A DNA stretch of 12,932 nucleotides from NCBI GenBank assembly GCA_031409655.1, contig JANNXQ010000288.1, positions 1 through 12,932 of the forward strand, given 5' to 3'. Below the pieces are notes generated by a model that had not been told where the DNA came from, made no database searches, and worked only from the letters and a program-made list of their open reading frames with translations. Positions 1-7,930 of this stretch are shown here, in pieces (within the stretch, counting starts at the first letter, position 1; every line of letters begins with the position of its first letter). This DNA is from Chthoniobacteraceae bacterium. GTDB lineage: Bacteria; Verrucomicrobiota; Verrucomicrobiia; Chthoniobacterales; Chthoniobacteraceae. The position numbers were made by a program, and so were the translations under genes.

Positions 1-49
1 CGCTTTCGCCCGCGCCGAGCACGGCGATTTGTTTGTTGGCGTAGGACAC
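1..49 (-). CDS. murD: UDP-N-acetylmuramoyl-L-alanine--D-glutamate ligase, N-terminal fragment (runs off the window edge)
   Basis: Not in the ORF track. The reverse complement from the GTG at 49-47 reads (M)SYANKQIAVLGAGES, the MurD N-terminal GxGxS(G) motif. It starts 2 nt after the mraY stop, the usual dcw position of murD. Confidence 0.85.
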   Translation of the reverse strand, partial: MSYANKQIAVLGAGES

Positions 50-51
50 AT

Positions 52-1182
52 TCAACGAAGTTTGAGAGTGGCGAGCCCGAGGAAGGCGAACATGATCGAG
101 AGAATCCAGAAGCGGACGATCACGGTGTTTTCCTTCCATCCTTTCAGCTCGAAGTGATGGTGAATCGGCGACATCAAAAACACGCGACGGCCTTCGCCAT
201 ACATGCGTTTCGTGATCTTAAACCAGGTGCGCTGAATGAGGACCGACGTGGCCTCGATGACGAACACGCCGCCGACGACGACGAGCAGCAGCTCCTGTTT
301 CGTGCAGATGGCGACGACGCCGAGCATGCCGCCGATGGCGAGTGAACCGGTGTCACCCATGAAGACCTTGGCGGGATGCGCATTCCACCAGAGAAAGCCA
401 AAGGACGCGCCGACGAGCGCCATGCAGACGACGGTGAGTTCGCCCGCGAAGGGATAGAAGGGGAGCTGGAGATACTGCGCGATTTTCCAGTTGCCCGCGA
501 CGTAGGCGAGGATGCCGTAGGTGAAAGCGACGGTGGTGGTGCAGCCGGCGGCGAGGCCGTCGAGTCCGTCGGTGAGGTTCACGGCATTCGATGCGCCGAC
601 GATGACGAGCGCGAAGAAGACGAAGGTAAAGGCGCCGAGATTCCAGATGAGCGGCTCTTTGTAAAAAGGAACGAAGAGCATCCGCGCCTGAATTTCGATC
701 GCCGGGTTGAGCAGAAAGTAACCGGTAATGATTGCCGCCAAGATAAGTTGGGAGATGACCTTGGTGCCCTCACTCACGCCCTTGGAATTCTTCTTCGCGA
801 CTTTCAGATAATCGTCCCACCAGCCGAGCGCACCGCAGTAGAGAAGGGTGAAAAGGAGCAGCCAGACGGCAGAGTTATCCGGCCGCGCCCAGAGCAGCGA
901 CGAGACGACAACCGCGCCGAGCAGCAGCACGCCGCCCATGGTCGGCGTGCCGGCTTTTTGTCCGTGCAACTCGAATAACTTGTTCACCTCTTCCTTCGTC
1001 CGGATTGGCTGGCCCACTTTCAGCGAGATCAGTTTGCGGATGACGCGATTGCCGAAGATCAGCGAGAGAAGGAACGCGGTGACGGCGGCGGCGACGGCGC
1101 GAAAGGTGATGTACTGAAAGACGTTGAGCGCGCTCCAGAACCCGTCCGGGTTTTCACTCAGCCTGTGCAGATAGTACATCAT
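52..1182 (-). CDS. mraY: Phospho-N-acetylmuramoyl-pentapeptide transferase
   Basis: Motifs KAGTPTMGG, DDYLK, SNAVNLTDGLDGLA, PAKVFMGDTGSLAIG and PIHHHFELKGW, with about 10 hydrophobic segments. Start placed at ATG 1182 (MMYYL...) rather than TTG 1227, which lies inside the repeat element. Confidence 0.98.
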   Translation of the reverse strand: MMYYLHRLSENPDGFWSALNVFQYITFRAVAAAVTAFLLSLIFGNRVIRKLISLKVGQPIRTKEEVNKLFELHGQKAGTPTMGGVLLLGAVVVSSLLWARPDNSAVWLLLFTLLYCGALGWWDDYLKVAKKNSKGVSEGTKVISQLILAAIITGYFLLNPAIEIQARMLFVPFYKEPLIWNLGAFTFVFFALVIVGASNAVNLTDGLDGLAAGCTTTVAFTYGILAYVAGNWKIAQYLQLPFYPFAGELTVVCMALVGASFGFLWWNAHPAKVFMGDTGSLAIGGMLGVVAICTKQELLLVVVGGVFVIEATSVLIQRTWFKITKRMYGEGRRVFLMSPIHHHFELKGWKENTVIVRFWILSIMFAFLGLATLKLR

Positions 1183-1376
1183 GCGACGAATCCCATGACG
1201 GGCGGGGCGAAGAGACCGAGGCTCCAAGTTCCAAGCTCAAAAGAAGCTCCAAGGTCCGAGGTCCAAGGCTCGACGGACGCTCCGCCGGTTTGGGGCTTGG
1301 TGCTTCTTTGGGGTTTGGTGCTTGGGGCCTGGTGCTTCCGCGCCTTGCCGATGTTACTGGATACAGGAGGCTTCAT
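1179..1376 (-). CDS. Putative 65-aa bridging ORF across the palindromic element; may be translated only for coupling
   Basis: ATG 1376-1374 overlaps the murF TGA (ATGA), and its TGA 1181-1179 overlaps the mraY ATG 1182-1180 (ATGA). The product is low-complexity (STKPQ twice) and resembles no family I recognise. Confidence 0.35.
   Translation of the reverse strand: MKPPVSSNIGKARKHQAPSTKPQRSTKPQTGGASVEPWTSDLGASFELGTWSLGLFAPPVMGFVA
1219..1330. repeat. Imperfect inverted repeat built from degenerate 7-mer tandem units (GCTCCAA-like / TTGGTGC-TTGGGGC-like)
   Basis: Left arm 1219-1253 AGGCTCCAAGTTCCAAGCTCAAAAGAAGCTCCAAG matches the reverse complement of right arm 1296-1330 (AGGCCCCAAGCACCAAACCCCAAAGAAGCACCAAG) at 28/35 positions. 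Both arms share the same AGAA/TTCT break in the 7-mer phase. The right side also has an 18-nt direct repeat (1289-1306 vs 1307-1324, 16/18 identical). Confidence 0.9.
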
Positions 1377-2740
1377 TGCGCCTGCATCCCTTCCACGATG
1401 CGCTCCATTTTTGCGGAGCGGCTGCCTTTGATGAGGACGAGATCGCCGGGCCGCGCGAGGTCACGCAGGACGCTGGTCGCCTCTTCCGTGGTCCCGACTC
1501 GCACGACGTTTCCGACGCCGCCACGCTGGGCGGTTTCGGCGATCCATTCGGCCTCCTGACCGACGCCGACGAGGCAATCGAGACGCGTCTCCGCAGCCAC
1601 TTCGCCGACTTGCCGATGGCCGGATTCGCTCTGCGCGCCGAGCTCGCCCATGCGGCCGAGCACGGCGATGCGGCGACCTTCTGCCGGGATCGCCGCGAGG
1701 GTGCGCAGGGCCGCGCTCATCGAATCGGGATTGGCGTTGTAAGTGTCGTCGAGGATGTGAATGCCGCGCACCGTCGTCTGCTGGAGCCGGCCTTTGGTGA
1801 GCTGAATGTTTGCGAGGCCCTCCGCGCACTCTTCGAGCGAGAGGCCAAGGACCTGGCCGGCGGCGACGGCGAGCAGCGCATTGCGCACCATGTGCTCGCC
1901 GGGGATGGGCAACTCGGCTTCCACGCTGCGACCGTGCGCTTCGATGGTGAAGCGGGTGCCGCTGAAGCTGGGGCGAAGATTGACGCCGCGGATGTCGCCG
2001 CGCGCCAGACCGGCGGAGACGGCGTCCGCATTCGTGCGTTTCGCGATGGCCTCGGAGAACTCGTCGTCGGCATTGAGGATCAGGGTGCCGCTCGGATTCA
2101 GCGCTTCCGCGAGCATTCCTTTTTCCAAAGCGATGGCCTCACGCGTGCCCATGAACTCGATGTGGGCGACGCCCACATTCGTGATGATGGCCACATCAGG
2201 CGCTGCGAGCGCGGCCAGCGGTGCGATCTCTCCAGGGTGGTTCATGCCCATCTCGAAAACACCGATTTGGTCTGTGGCCCGCGCCCGCAGCATTGTGAGT
2301 GGAAGCCCGATATGATTGTTGAAATTTCCCTCCGTCTTTGAAACGCGAAAGCGCCTGGCGAGGATGGAAGCCGTGAGATCCTTGGTGGAAGTTTTGCCGT
2401 TCGAACCCGTGATGCCGACGACTTGCATCGGCAATGAGCGGCGATATTCGGCGCTGAGTTTTTGCAAAGCGACGAGCGAATCCGCGACGTGGATGATGCC
2501 GAAACTTGCCGGCAGCCCAGCCGGCACGCGCTGCACGATGGCTGCGGCCGCGCCGATTCGCGCGGCGTCGGCGAGGAAGTTGTGGGCGTCGAATTTCTCG
2601 CCGGGCAGCGCCACGAAAAGATCCCCGGCCTGCAGCGCGCGTGTGTCCGTGCAGACGACGGTGACGGCGGACGCAGGGTCGCCGGTGACGAGTTGGCCAC
2701 CGGCCAGGCGCGCGATCGTCTCTAGAATCGTGGCGTCCAT
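1373..2740 (-). CDS. murF: UDP-N-acetylmuramoyl-tripeptide--D-alanyl-D-alanine ligase
   Basis: TDTR..GDLFVALPGEKFDAH, P-loop ITGSNGKTSTK, GNFNNHIGLPLT, EMGMNHPGEI, DDTYNANPDSM, and C-terminal LIKGSRS..MERIV. Confidence 0.98.
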   Translation of the reverse strand: MDATILETIARLAGGQLVTGDPASAVTVVCTDTRALQAGDLFVALPGEKFDAHNFLADAARIGAAAAIVQRVPAGLPASFGIIHVADSLVALQKLSAEYRRSLPMQVVGITGSNGKTSTKDLTASILARRFRVSKTEGNFNNHIGLPLTMLRARATDQIGVFEMGMNHPGEIAPLAALAAPDVAIITNVGVAHIEFMGTREAIALEKGMLAEALNPSGTLILNADDEFSEAIAKRTNADAVSAGLARGDIRGVNLRPSFSGTRFTIEAHGRSVEAELPIPGEHMVRNALLAVAAGQVLGLSLEECAEGLANIQLTKGRLQQTTVRGIHILDDTYNANPDSMSAALRTLAAIPAEGRRIAVLGRMGELGAQSESGHRQVGEVAAETRLDCLVGVGQEAEWIAETAQRGGVGNVVRVGTTEEATSVLRDLARPGDLVLIKGSRSAKMERIVEGMQAQ

Positions 2741-2743
2741 CTT

Positions 2744-4225
2744 TCAGGATTGCCCCTCGCTGCGCCGGCCTTCGAGCGCGGACGCCGCGACGGCGACGTC
2801 ATCGAAGGGGACGGTGCGATCCGCAAACTCTTGGTACGTTTCGTGTCCCTTCCCCGCGATCAGGATGATGTCGCGAGGCTGCGCCATGGCGATGGCTTTG
2901 AAGATGGCTTCGCGGCGATCGACGATGACTTCGTAGTTGCCGCGTTTCAGGCCGGGCTTGATGTCTTCGATGATGGCGAGCGGATCTTCGCGGCGAGGAT
3001 TGTCGGAGGTGACGATGCCGTGGTCCGCGTATTGATCGACGGCGGCACCCATGCGCGGACGTTTCGTTTTGTCGCGGTCGCCGCCACAGCCGAAGACCAC
3101 GATGAGCCGCGCGGGATTTAACTCCCGGCAGGTTTTCATCACATTGATCAGCGCGTCGTCCGTGTGGGCGTAGTCCACGAAAATCTTGAATTGACGCTGG
3201 GCGGGCACGACTTCGAGGCGGCCTGGGACGGCGGGCGCGGTCGCCAGACTGAGCACGCTGGCGCGCACATCGACGCCCATTGCGAAAGCTCCGGCGATGG
3301 CGGCGAGAGAGTTGAGGACGTTGAATTGTCCGATGAGCGGCAGGCGCACGAGGTAGCTGCGGCCCTTGGCATCGAGCTGATAGCTCGTGCCGTTGAAGTC
3401 GATGCGCACATTACTCGCGCGAAACTCGGCCTTCATGCCCACGCCGTAGGTGATGATCTCGAGATCGGGCGCGAAGCGGTTGGCGAAGAGCGCGCCGTAA
3501 CGGTCGTCGATGTTGATCACGGCCTTGCCTTTCTTGCGCGTCTGCGCGGCGAGGTTCGTGAAAAGCAGCGCCTTGGCTTCGGCGTACGCTTCCATCGTCT
3601 TGTGAAAATCGAGGTGATCCTGAGTCAGGTTGGTGAAGATCGCGGTGTCGAATTCCAGGCCGCGGACGCGCGCCTGGACGAGCGCGTGCGAGGAGACTTC
3701 CATGGCTGCGGCCTTGCAGCCAGCGGAGCGCATCTGCCAGAGCAGATCATGCACATCCAGCGACTCGGGCGTCGTCCGGGCGGCGGGGAGAATGCGTTCG
3801 CCGATCTGGTAACGCACCGTGCCGAGCAGGCCGCAGCGCAGCATCGCGCTTTCGCAGATGTGGCGCAAAATGAAGGCCGTCGTCGTTTTTCCGTTGGTGC
3901 CGGTGACGCCGGCCATTTTCAAGTAACGATCTGAGTGCTGAAAAAATTCCGCCGCGAGATCCGCCATCGCTTCGCGCGCATTTGCCACGACGATATTTGT
4001 CGCCCGCGCCTTGAGCTCCACGGACTCGCTGACCACGGCCGCGGCACCGGAGGCCACCGCATGATCGACGAAGGCTGAGCCATCCGCCTTGGCACCGCGG
4101 AGCGCGAAGAAAAGCGCGTCTTGCTGCACGCGGCGGGAATCGTAAGCGAGCGAGGTGATCTCGCGATCGAGTGGGCCGTCCACCTTGAGCGGGCGAATCG
4201 CTTTGAGGAGAGTCTCGAGTTTCAT
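2744..4225 (-). CDS. murE: UDP-N-acetylmuramoyl-L-alanyl-D-glutamate--2,6-diaminopimelate ligase
   Basis: YDSRRV, VTGTNGKTT, TTPES, MEVSSHAL, FTNLTQDHLDFH, VDYAHT, VFGCGGDRD, SDNPR (meso-DAP specificity motif) and AGKGHETYQ. Confidence 0.98.
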   Translation of the reverse strand: MKLETLLKAIRPLKVDGPLDREITSLAYDSRRVQQDALFFALRGAKADGSAFVDHAVASGAAAVVSESVELKARATNIVVANAREAMADLAAEFFQHSDRYLKMAGVTGTNGKTTTAFILRHICESAMLRCGLLGTVRYQIGERILPAARTTPESLDVHDLLWQMRSAGCKAAAMEVSSHALVQARVRGLEFDTAIFTNLTQDHLDFHKTMEAYAEAKALLFTNLAAQTRKKGKAVINIDDRYGALFANRFAPDLEIITYGVGMKAEFRASNVRIDFNGTSYQLDAKGRSYLVRLPLIGQFNVLNSLAAIAGAFAMGVDVRASVLSLATAPAVPGRLEVVPAQRQFKIFVDYAHTDDALINVMKTCRELNPARLIVVFGCGGDRDKTKRPRMGAAVDQYADHGIVTSDNPRREDPLAIIEDIKPGLKRGNYEVIVDRREAIFKAIAMAQPRDIILIAGKGHETYQEFADRTVPFDDVAVAASALEGRRSEGQS

Positions 4226-6060
4226 CGGCCGTTGGCGTTCTCTTTTTTGGCAATGAAGACGCCGGCTTTTTCGCCCTGCGGACGAGTCTCGGTGACGGGC
4301 AGGCCGAGGTAGCGGGCAGCGCGTTCGCCGATGGCGGCAAAGATGGGGCCGGCGACGACGCCGCCGTAATTCTCGCTCTCTTTGAGCCTGGCTTCGTCGA
4401 TGACCACGACCATGACGAAGGCGGGATCCATGGCGGGCATGAAACCGGCAAAAGAAACCACGTACTTGTCGTGGGAGTAGCGTCGCTTTCCATCGACGAC
4501 TTCCGTTTTCTGGGCAGTGCCCGTTTTGCCGGCGACTTTGTATCCAGGGACGCGGGCATTCGGCGCGGTGCCTTTGGGGCCCAAGACATCAATCATCGCT
4601 TCGCGCACTGCCCGGGCGGTTTTTTCCGAAACCACCTGGCGAACGATCTGCGGCGGATAAGTGGTGGGCGGGCCGCCGTCCTCGCCGGAAATCTCGTGGA
4701 CGATCTGGGGCATCATCAGCTTGCCGCCATTGGCGATGGCGCTGATTGCGGTGGCGATTTGCAGCGGCGTGACTTGGAGCGAGTGGCCCATCGCCATGCG
4801 GGATTGGGTGAGTTTGTCCCAGCTCGCGGGGGCGTGGACTACGCCCTTTTCTTCGGCTGGGAGATTGATGCCGGTGGGTTCGCCGAAACCGAAGCGCCGG
4901 ACGTACTCATGATACTTTTGCTCGCCGACCCGCATCGCGAGCTTGGCCATCGCGATGTTGCTCGATTTCACGAAAGCGGAGTGCGCGTCGAGGTCACGGT
5001 AGGGCGAGTGGTCGCTGAGATTGTAGGCCGACCAGTATCCATTCTCGCAGTAGAGCCACGTGGAGGGTGAGACGACGCCATCGTTCAGGGCGGCGCCGAA
5101 GGTCACAATTTTGAAGGTGCTGCCAGGTTCGTAAAGGTCCGCGATGGCGCGGTTGCGCCGCTCATCGAGGATGGTTTTTGGCGTGCGTTTTTTGTCCGTC
5201 TCTGCCGGGAGTTTTTTGAGGTCCCCCGGGCTGAAGGTCGGGCGGTTTGCGAGCGCCAGGATGCGGCCGGTTTGCGGATCCATCAGCACGACGGTTGCGC
5301 CTTTCGGCCGGTAGCGCTTGCAGGCGGCATCGAGCTCGGACTCGACGATGTTTTGCAGTCCCATGTCGATCGTCAGGCGGACGTCGCGTCCATTGCGCGC
5401 CGCGCGTTCCTGGCCCCGATATTGCACGAGTTCACGGCCGGTGCCGTCGCGCTCGATGAAGCGGAAGCCGTCCTCTCCGCGGAGGAAACTTTCGCAACTC
5501 TGCTCGATGCCGGCGACGCCGCGGTCATCTCCATTCACGTAGCCAACGACGTGCGCGAGCATGCGCTCGTTCGGATAGACGCGATCCGAGTCGTGCTCAA
5601 AGGTAATGCCGCGCATCTTCTGCACCTTCATGGTGGCGGCGATGGCGCTGGCGGTGGCTTCGGTCACGCGCCGCTTGAGCGGGATGTACTGATCAGGCAT
5701 CCGGACGCCTTTTGACTTCTGCAAGACCGTCTTCGTGAGTTTCTGGCGGAGCGTCGCCGCGTCGATGGCGAGTGGTCCGGAGAGAATGGGGATCAGCGCT
5801 TCGACGTCGGAGATCAGGGAGGCGTCAGCAATGACATTTCGCAGAGGCTCATTTTGGGCGAGCGGCTCGCCACGGACATCGAAGATCGAACCGCGCCGCG
5901 CCCGGATCTTGTGCGTGTCGGTGTGCTTGGCGGCGGCGATGGCGGCATACTCGGCGTGCTGGCCGACCTGCAGCTCGACGAGCCGGAAAGAGAAGCCGGT
6001 GAAGCACACCGCCAGCAGCCCGCAAGCGCCGAGGGCGCGCGACTTGGCGGACGTTCTCAT
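4222..6060 (-). CDS. ftsI: Class B penicillin-binding protein (FtsI/PBP3, septal transpeptidase)
   Basis: N-terminal membrane anchor, RGSIFD..G..LA, RVYP, GIE, LTID..LQ, SxxK (EPGSTFK), SxN (KSSN) and KTG (GKTGTAQ). Lies between ftsL and murE with ATGA overlaps on both sides. Confidence 0.95.
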   Translation of the reverse strand: MRTSAKSRALGACGLLAVCFTGFSFRLVELQVGQHAEYAAIAAAKHTDTHKIRARRGSIFDVRGEPLAQNEPLRNVIADASLISDVEALIPILSGPLAIDAATLRQKLTKTVLQKSKGVRMPDQYIPLKRRVTEATASAIAATMKVQKMRGITFEHDSDRVYPNERMLAHVVGYVNGDDRGVAGIEQSCESFLRGEDGFRFIERDGTGRELVQYRGQERAARNGRDVRLTIDMGLQNIVESELDAACKRYRPKGATVVLMDPQTGRILALANRPTFSPGDLKKLPAETDKKRTPKTILDERRNRAIADLYEPGSTFKIVTFGAALNDGVVSPSTWLYCENGYWSAYNLSDHSPYRDLDAHSAFVKSSNIAMAKLAMRVGEQKYHEYVRRFGFGEPTGINLPAEEKGVVHAPASWDKLTQSRMAMGHSLQVTPLQIATAISAIANGGKLMMPQIVHEISGEDGGPPTTYPPQIVRQVVSEKTARAVREAMIDVLGPKGTAPNARVPGYKVAGKTGTAQKTEVVDGKRRYSHDKYVVSFAGFMPAMDPAFVMVVVIDEARLKESENYGGVVAGPIFAAIGERAARYLGLPVTETRPQGEKAGVFIAKKENANGR

Positions 6061-6419
6061 GGACGCGGGCCCCGTTTGGGATTGGAGACGGTGCGGACCT
6101 CGTCGAGGTCGCTCGCGAGGAGCATCGTCGGCTCATAGACTTCGATCTTCTGGAGCTTGATCGTGCCTTCGCGGAATTTCTGCTGGAGCGTATTCATCGA
6201 GGCAAGGCGGATGATTTTTGCCTGCGCGACTTCGGAGCGGCTGCGGATGTCGGTGAGCTTGCGTTCCGCTTCCTTGATGCTGCGGCCCGAGGCGTCGATC
6301 TGGTTCCGGCACCAGACGAAATAAATGCACGCGCTGCTCACGCAGAAGACCACGGCGACGACGAGGATCAGGCGCGCGATGGGGAGGACGTTGGCGTAGC
6401 GATGGTGATTAGGAGACAT
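6057..6419 (-). CDS. ftsL: FtsL-like cell division protein (120 aa)
   Basis: Sits between rsmH and ftsI. Short cytoplasmic N-terminus, one TM helix (LILVVAVVFCVSSACIYFVW), then a coiled-coil-like stretch (IKEAERKLTDIRSRSEVAQAKIIRL). Start placed at ATG 6419. Called from synteny and topology, not a sequence motif. Confidence 0.7.
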   Translation of the reverse strand: MSPNHHRYANVLPIARLILVVAVVFCVSSACIYFVWCRNQIDASGRSIKEAERKLTDIRSRSEVAQAKIIRLASMNTLQQKFREGTIKLQKIEVYEPTMLLASDLDEVRTVSNPKRGPRP

Positions 6420-7410
6420 GGGGCGCGATCTTTTCCACGACACGGAGTTTGGCGCTGCGGGCGCGTGGATTTGCCTGCACTTCCGCGGCGCTGGCGACGA
6501 CGGCTTTGCGCGTGATGGATTTGAAAATGTAGTCCGGATTGCGCCGCTGCTCGGGCCACTCGGGGCGATCGAGCCACTCCGTGGCGCGAGCTTTCATGAA
6601 GTGTTTCACGACGCGGTCTTCGAGCGAATGAAAGGTGATCACGCCAAAACGGCCGCCGGGCGCGAGCCGCGCGGTGAACTGCTCCAGGCCGGTCTCGAGC
6701 GCTTCGGTCTCGCCATTCACGGCGCTGCGCAGCGCCTGGAAAATGCGGGTCGCCGGATGGGTGCGGCCGCGCCGCGGGACGACACTCTCGACGGCGGCGG
6801 CGAGTTGCAGCGTGGTGCTGAAGGGACGGGTGAGCCGATCGCGGATGAGCCGGGCCGCGATCCGGCGTGCCGCGGGCTCTTCGCCGAAGGTGCGAAAAAT
6901 TCTCTCCATTTCCTCGCCGCCCAGCGTGTTCACCAGATCCGCGGCGGTGCGCGGGAGACGGTCGTCCATCCTCATGTCGAGAGGGCCGTCCTGCATGAAG
7001 CTGAACCCACGGAGGGGCTCGTCGAGTTGATGCGAGGAGACGCCGAGATCGAGCAGCGCGCCGTCGATTTGGGCGATGCCGAGTTCATCGAGGACGGCAC
7101 CGACGCGCTTAAAATTACTCCGCACGGCGCGAAATTGTTTCCCCTGGCCAGTAAAGCGCGCCTTGGCCTCGGCGATGGCCTCGGCGTCGTGATCCAGACC
7201 GATGACTTCCGGCCCGGCCGCGAGCAGCGCGGCGGTGTGCCCGCCGCCGCCCAGCGTGCCGTCCACGAAAATCGCGCCCGGCCGCGGCGCCAGCAGGCGG
7301 ACGACCTCGGTGAGCAGCACCGGGTGGTGGTAGGCGGGGCGTTCGGGAGCGGGCATGAGAAAGGTTTTCATCGTGCGACCGCGCTCGATGTGGTGAGCGA
7401 GCGCGACCAT
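6409..7410 (-). CDS. rsmH: 16S rRNA (cytosine1402-N4)-methyltransferase RsmH (MraW)
   Basis: HHPVLL.EV, VDGTLGGGGH, LLDLGVSSHQLD...RGFSF..DGPLDMRMD, HPATRIFQALR..VN.E, ITFHSLEDR.VK and NPRARSAKLR. Start placed at ATG 7410 (TGATG overlap with the mraZ stop); ATG 7371 and 7356 are alternatives. Confidence 0.97.
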   Translation of the reverse strand: MVALAHHIERGRTMKTFLMPAPERPAYHHPVLLTEVVRLLAPRPGAIFVDGTLGGGGHTAALLAAGPEVIGLDHDAEAIAEAKARFTGQGKQFRAVRSNFKRVGAVLDELGIAQIDGALLDLGVSSHQLDEPLRGFSFMQDGPLDMRMDDRLPRTAADLVNTLGGEEMERIFRTFGEEPAARRIAARLIRDRLTRPFSTTLQLAAAVESVVPRRGRTHPATRIFQALRSAVNGETEALETGLEQFTARLAPGGRFGVITFHSLEDRVVKHFMKARATEWLDRPEWPEQRRNPDYIFKSITRKAVVASAAEVQANPRARSAKLRVVEKIAPHVS

Positions 7411-7859
7411 CAGCCAAAGGCCTCCACCAGATTCCGTCCCCGAGCCCGCAAGCCATGGGCGTCCGCGGCATGCGCCTCGGGGTTCCAGATTTGAAAATAC
7501 TCCGTGGCCCCGACGAGCAGCGCCTGGGTGCTGATCGCGATGCCCACCTTCTCCGCCCACGCACTCGGCAGCGTCAGTCGCCCGGACTTATCGAGCACGG
7601 CCTGGGTGGTCGTCTCGCCCCACTCCATGTGGGCGGCCCCGCGGTCGGGCCCGGGGAGATCATTTGCCCAGCGGCGGAAGCGCTCAATCTCCGACCGGGG
7701 GAGCACCCGGAGGTGATCCCGCATCAGGCGAAAATAGAACTCCGCGCCCTTCGCAAACCGCCACGCCGACGGGATCGTCATGCGCCACTGCCCGTCCACC
7801 ATGAACGGGTAGCGGCTCATGAAGAGCGGGGCTGTGGGATCGGGATCGATGGGTAGCAT
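7410..7859 (-). CDS. mraZ: Division/cell-wall cluster transcriptional repressor MraZ (divergent)
   Basis: About 149 aa and directly upstream of rsmH. Two SpoVT-AbrB repeats (VDGQWRMTIP and LDKSGRLTLP) and a C-terminal LLVGATEYFQIWNP. Start placed at ATG 7859; TTG 7877 is an alternative. Confidence 0.9.
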   Translation of the reverse strand: MLPIDPDPTAPLFMSRYPFMVDGQWRMTIPSAWRFAKGAEFYFRLMRDHLRVLPRSEIERFRRWANDLPGPDRGAAHMEWGETTTQAVLDKSGRLTLPSAWAEKVGIAISTQALLVGATEYFQIWNPEAHAADAHGLRARGRNLVEAFG

Positions 7860-7890
7860 GACGACGCGGGCCGCCAAAACGGCTGGAGCG

Positions 7891-7930
7891 AACCGTCACT
7901 AAATGCCCCTTTTCCCGCCTTTTCGTCAAT
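7891..7930 (-). promoter_or_regulatory. Putative dcw promoter (-35 TTGACG) with degenerate 10-bp-periodic MraZ operator
   Basis: The minus strand reads ATTGACGAAA AGGCGGGAAA AGGGGCATTT AGTGACGGTT, about 30-70 nt upstream of mraZ. TTGACG is at 7929-7924, followed by three AG-initiated boxes at a 10-nt period, as in MraZ GTGG-box arrays. No clear -10 element. Confidence 0.55.

Noticed and set aside
1219..1338. CRISPR array or intrinsic terminator as an explanation of the murF-mraY repeat
   Set aside because: There are no unique spacers between constant repeats, no cas genes, and no U-tract after the stem on the transcribed strand.
1322..2341. 339-aa plus-strand ORF antisense to murF, with AGGAGG (1365-1370) 5 nt before an in-frame TTG at 1376
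   Set aside because: The product has typical antisense-shadow composition and fully overlaps an essential gene. One SD-like hexamer is plausible by chance, and real genes in this window mostly lack strong SD sequences.
6004..6060. Lipobox-like LGAC/LAVC at the FtsI N-terminus
   Set aside because: FtsI is a bitopic membrane protein and these cysteines lie within its anchor; nothing else supports lipidation.
7411..7560. Extended rsmH N-terminus given in the ORF track
   Set aside because: It would overlap mraZ by 150 nt; the TGATG-coupled ATG at 7410 is more plausible.
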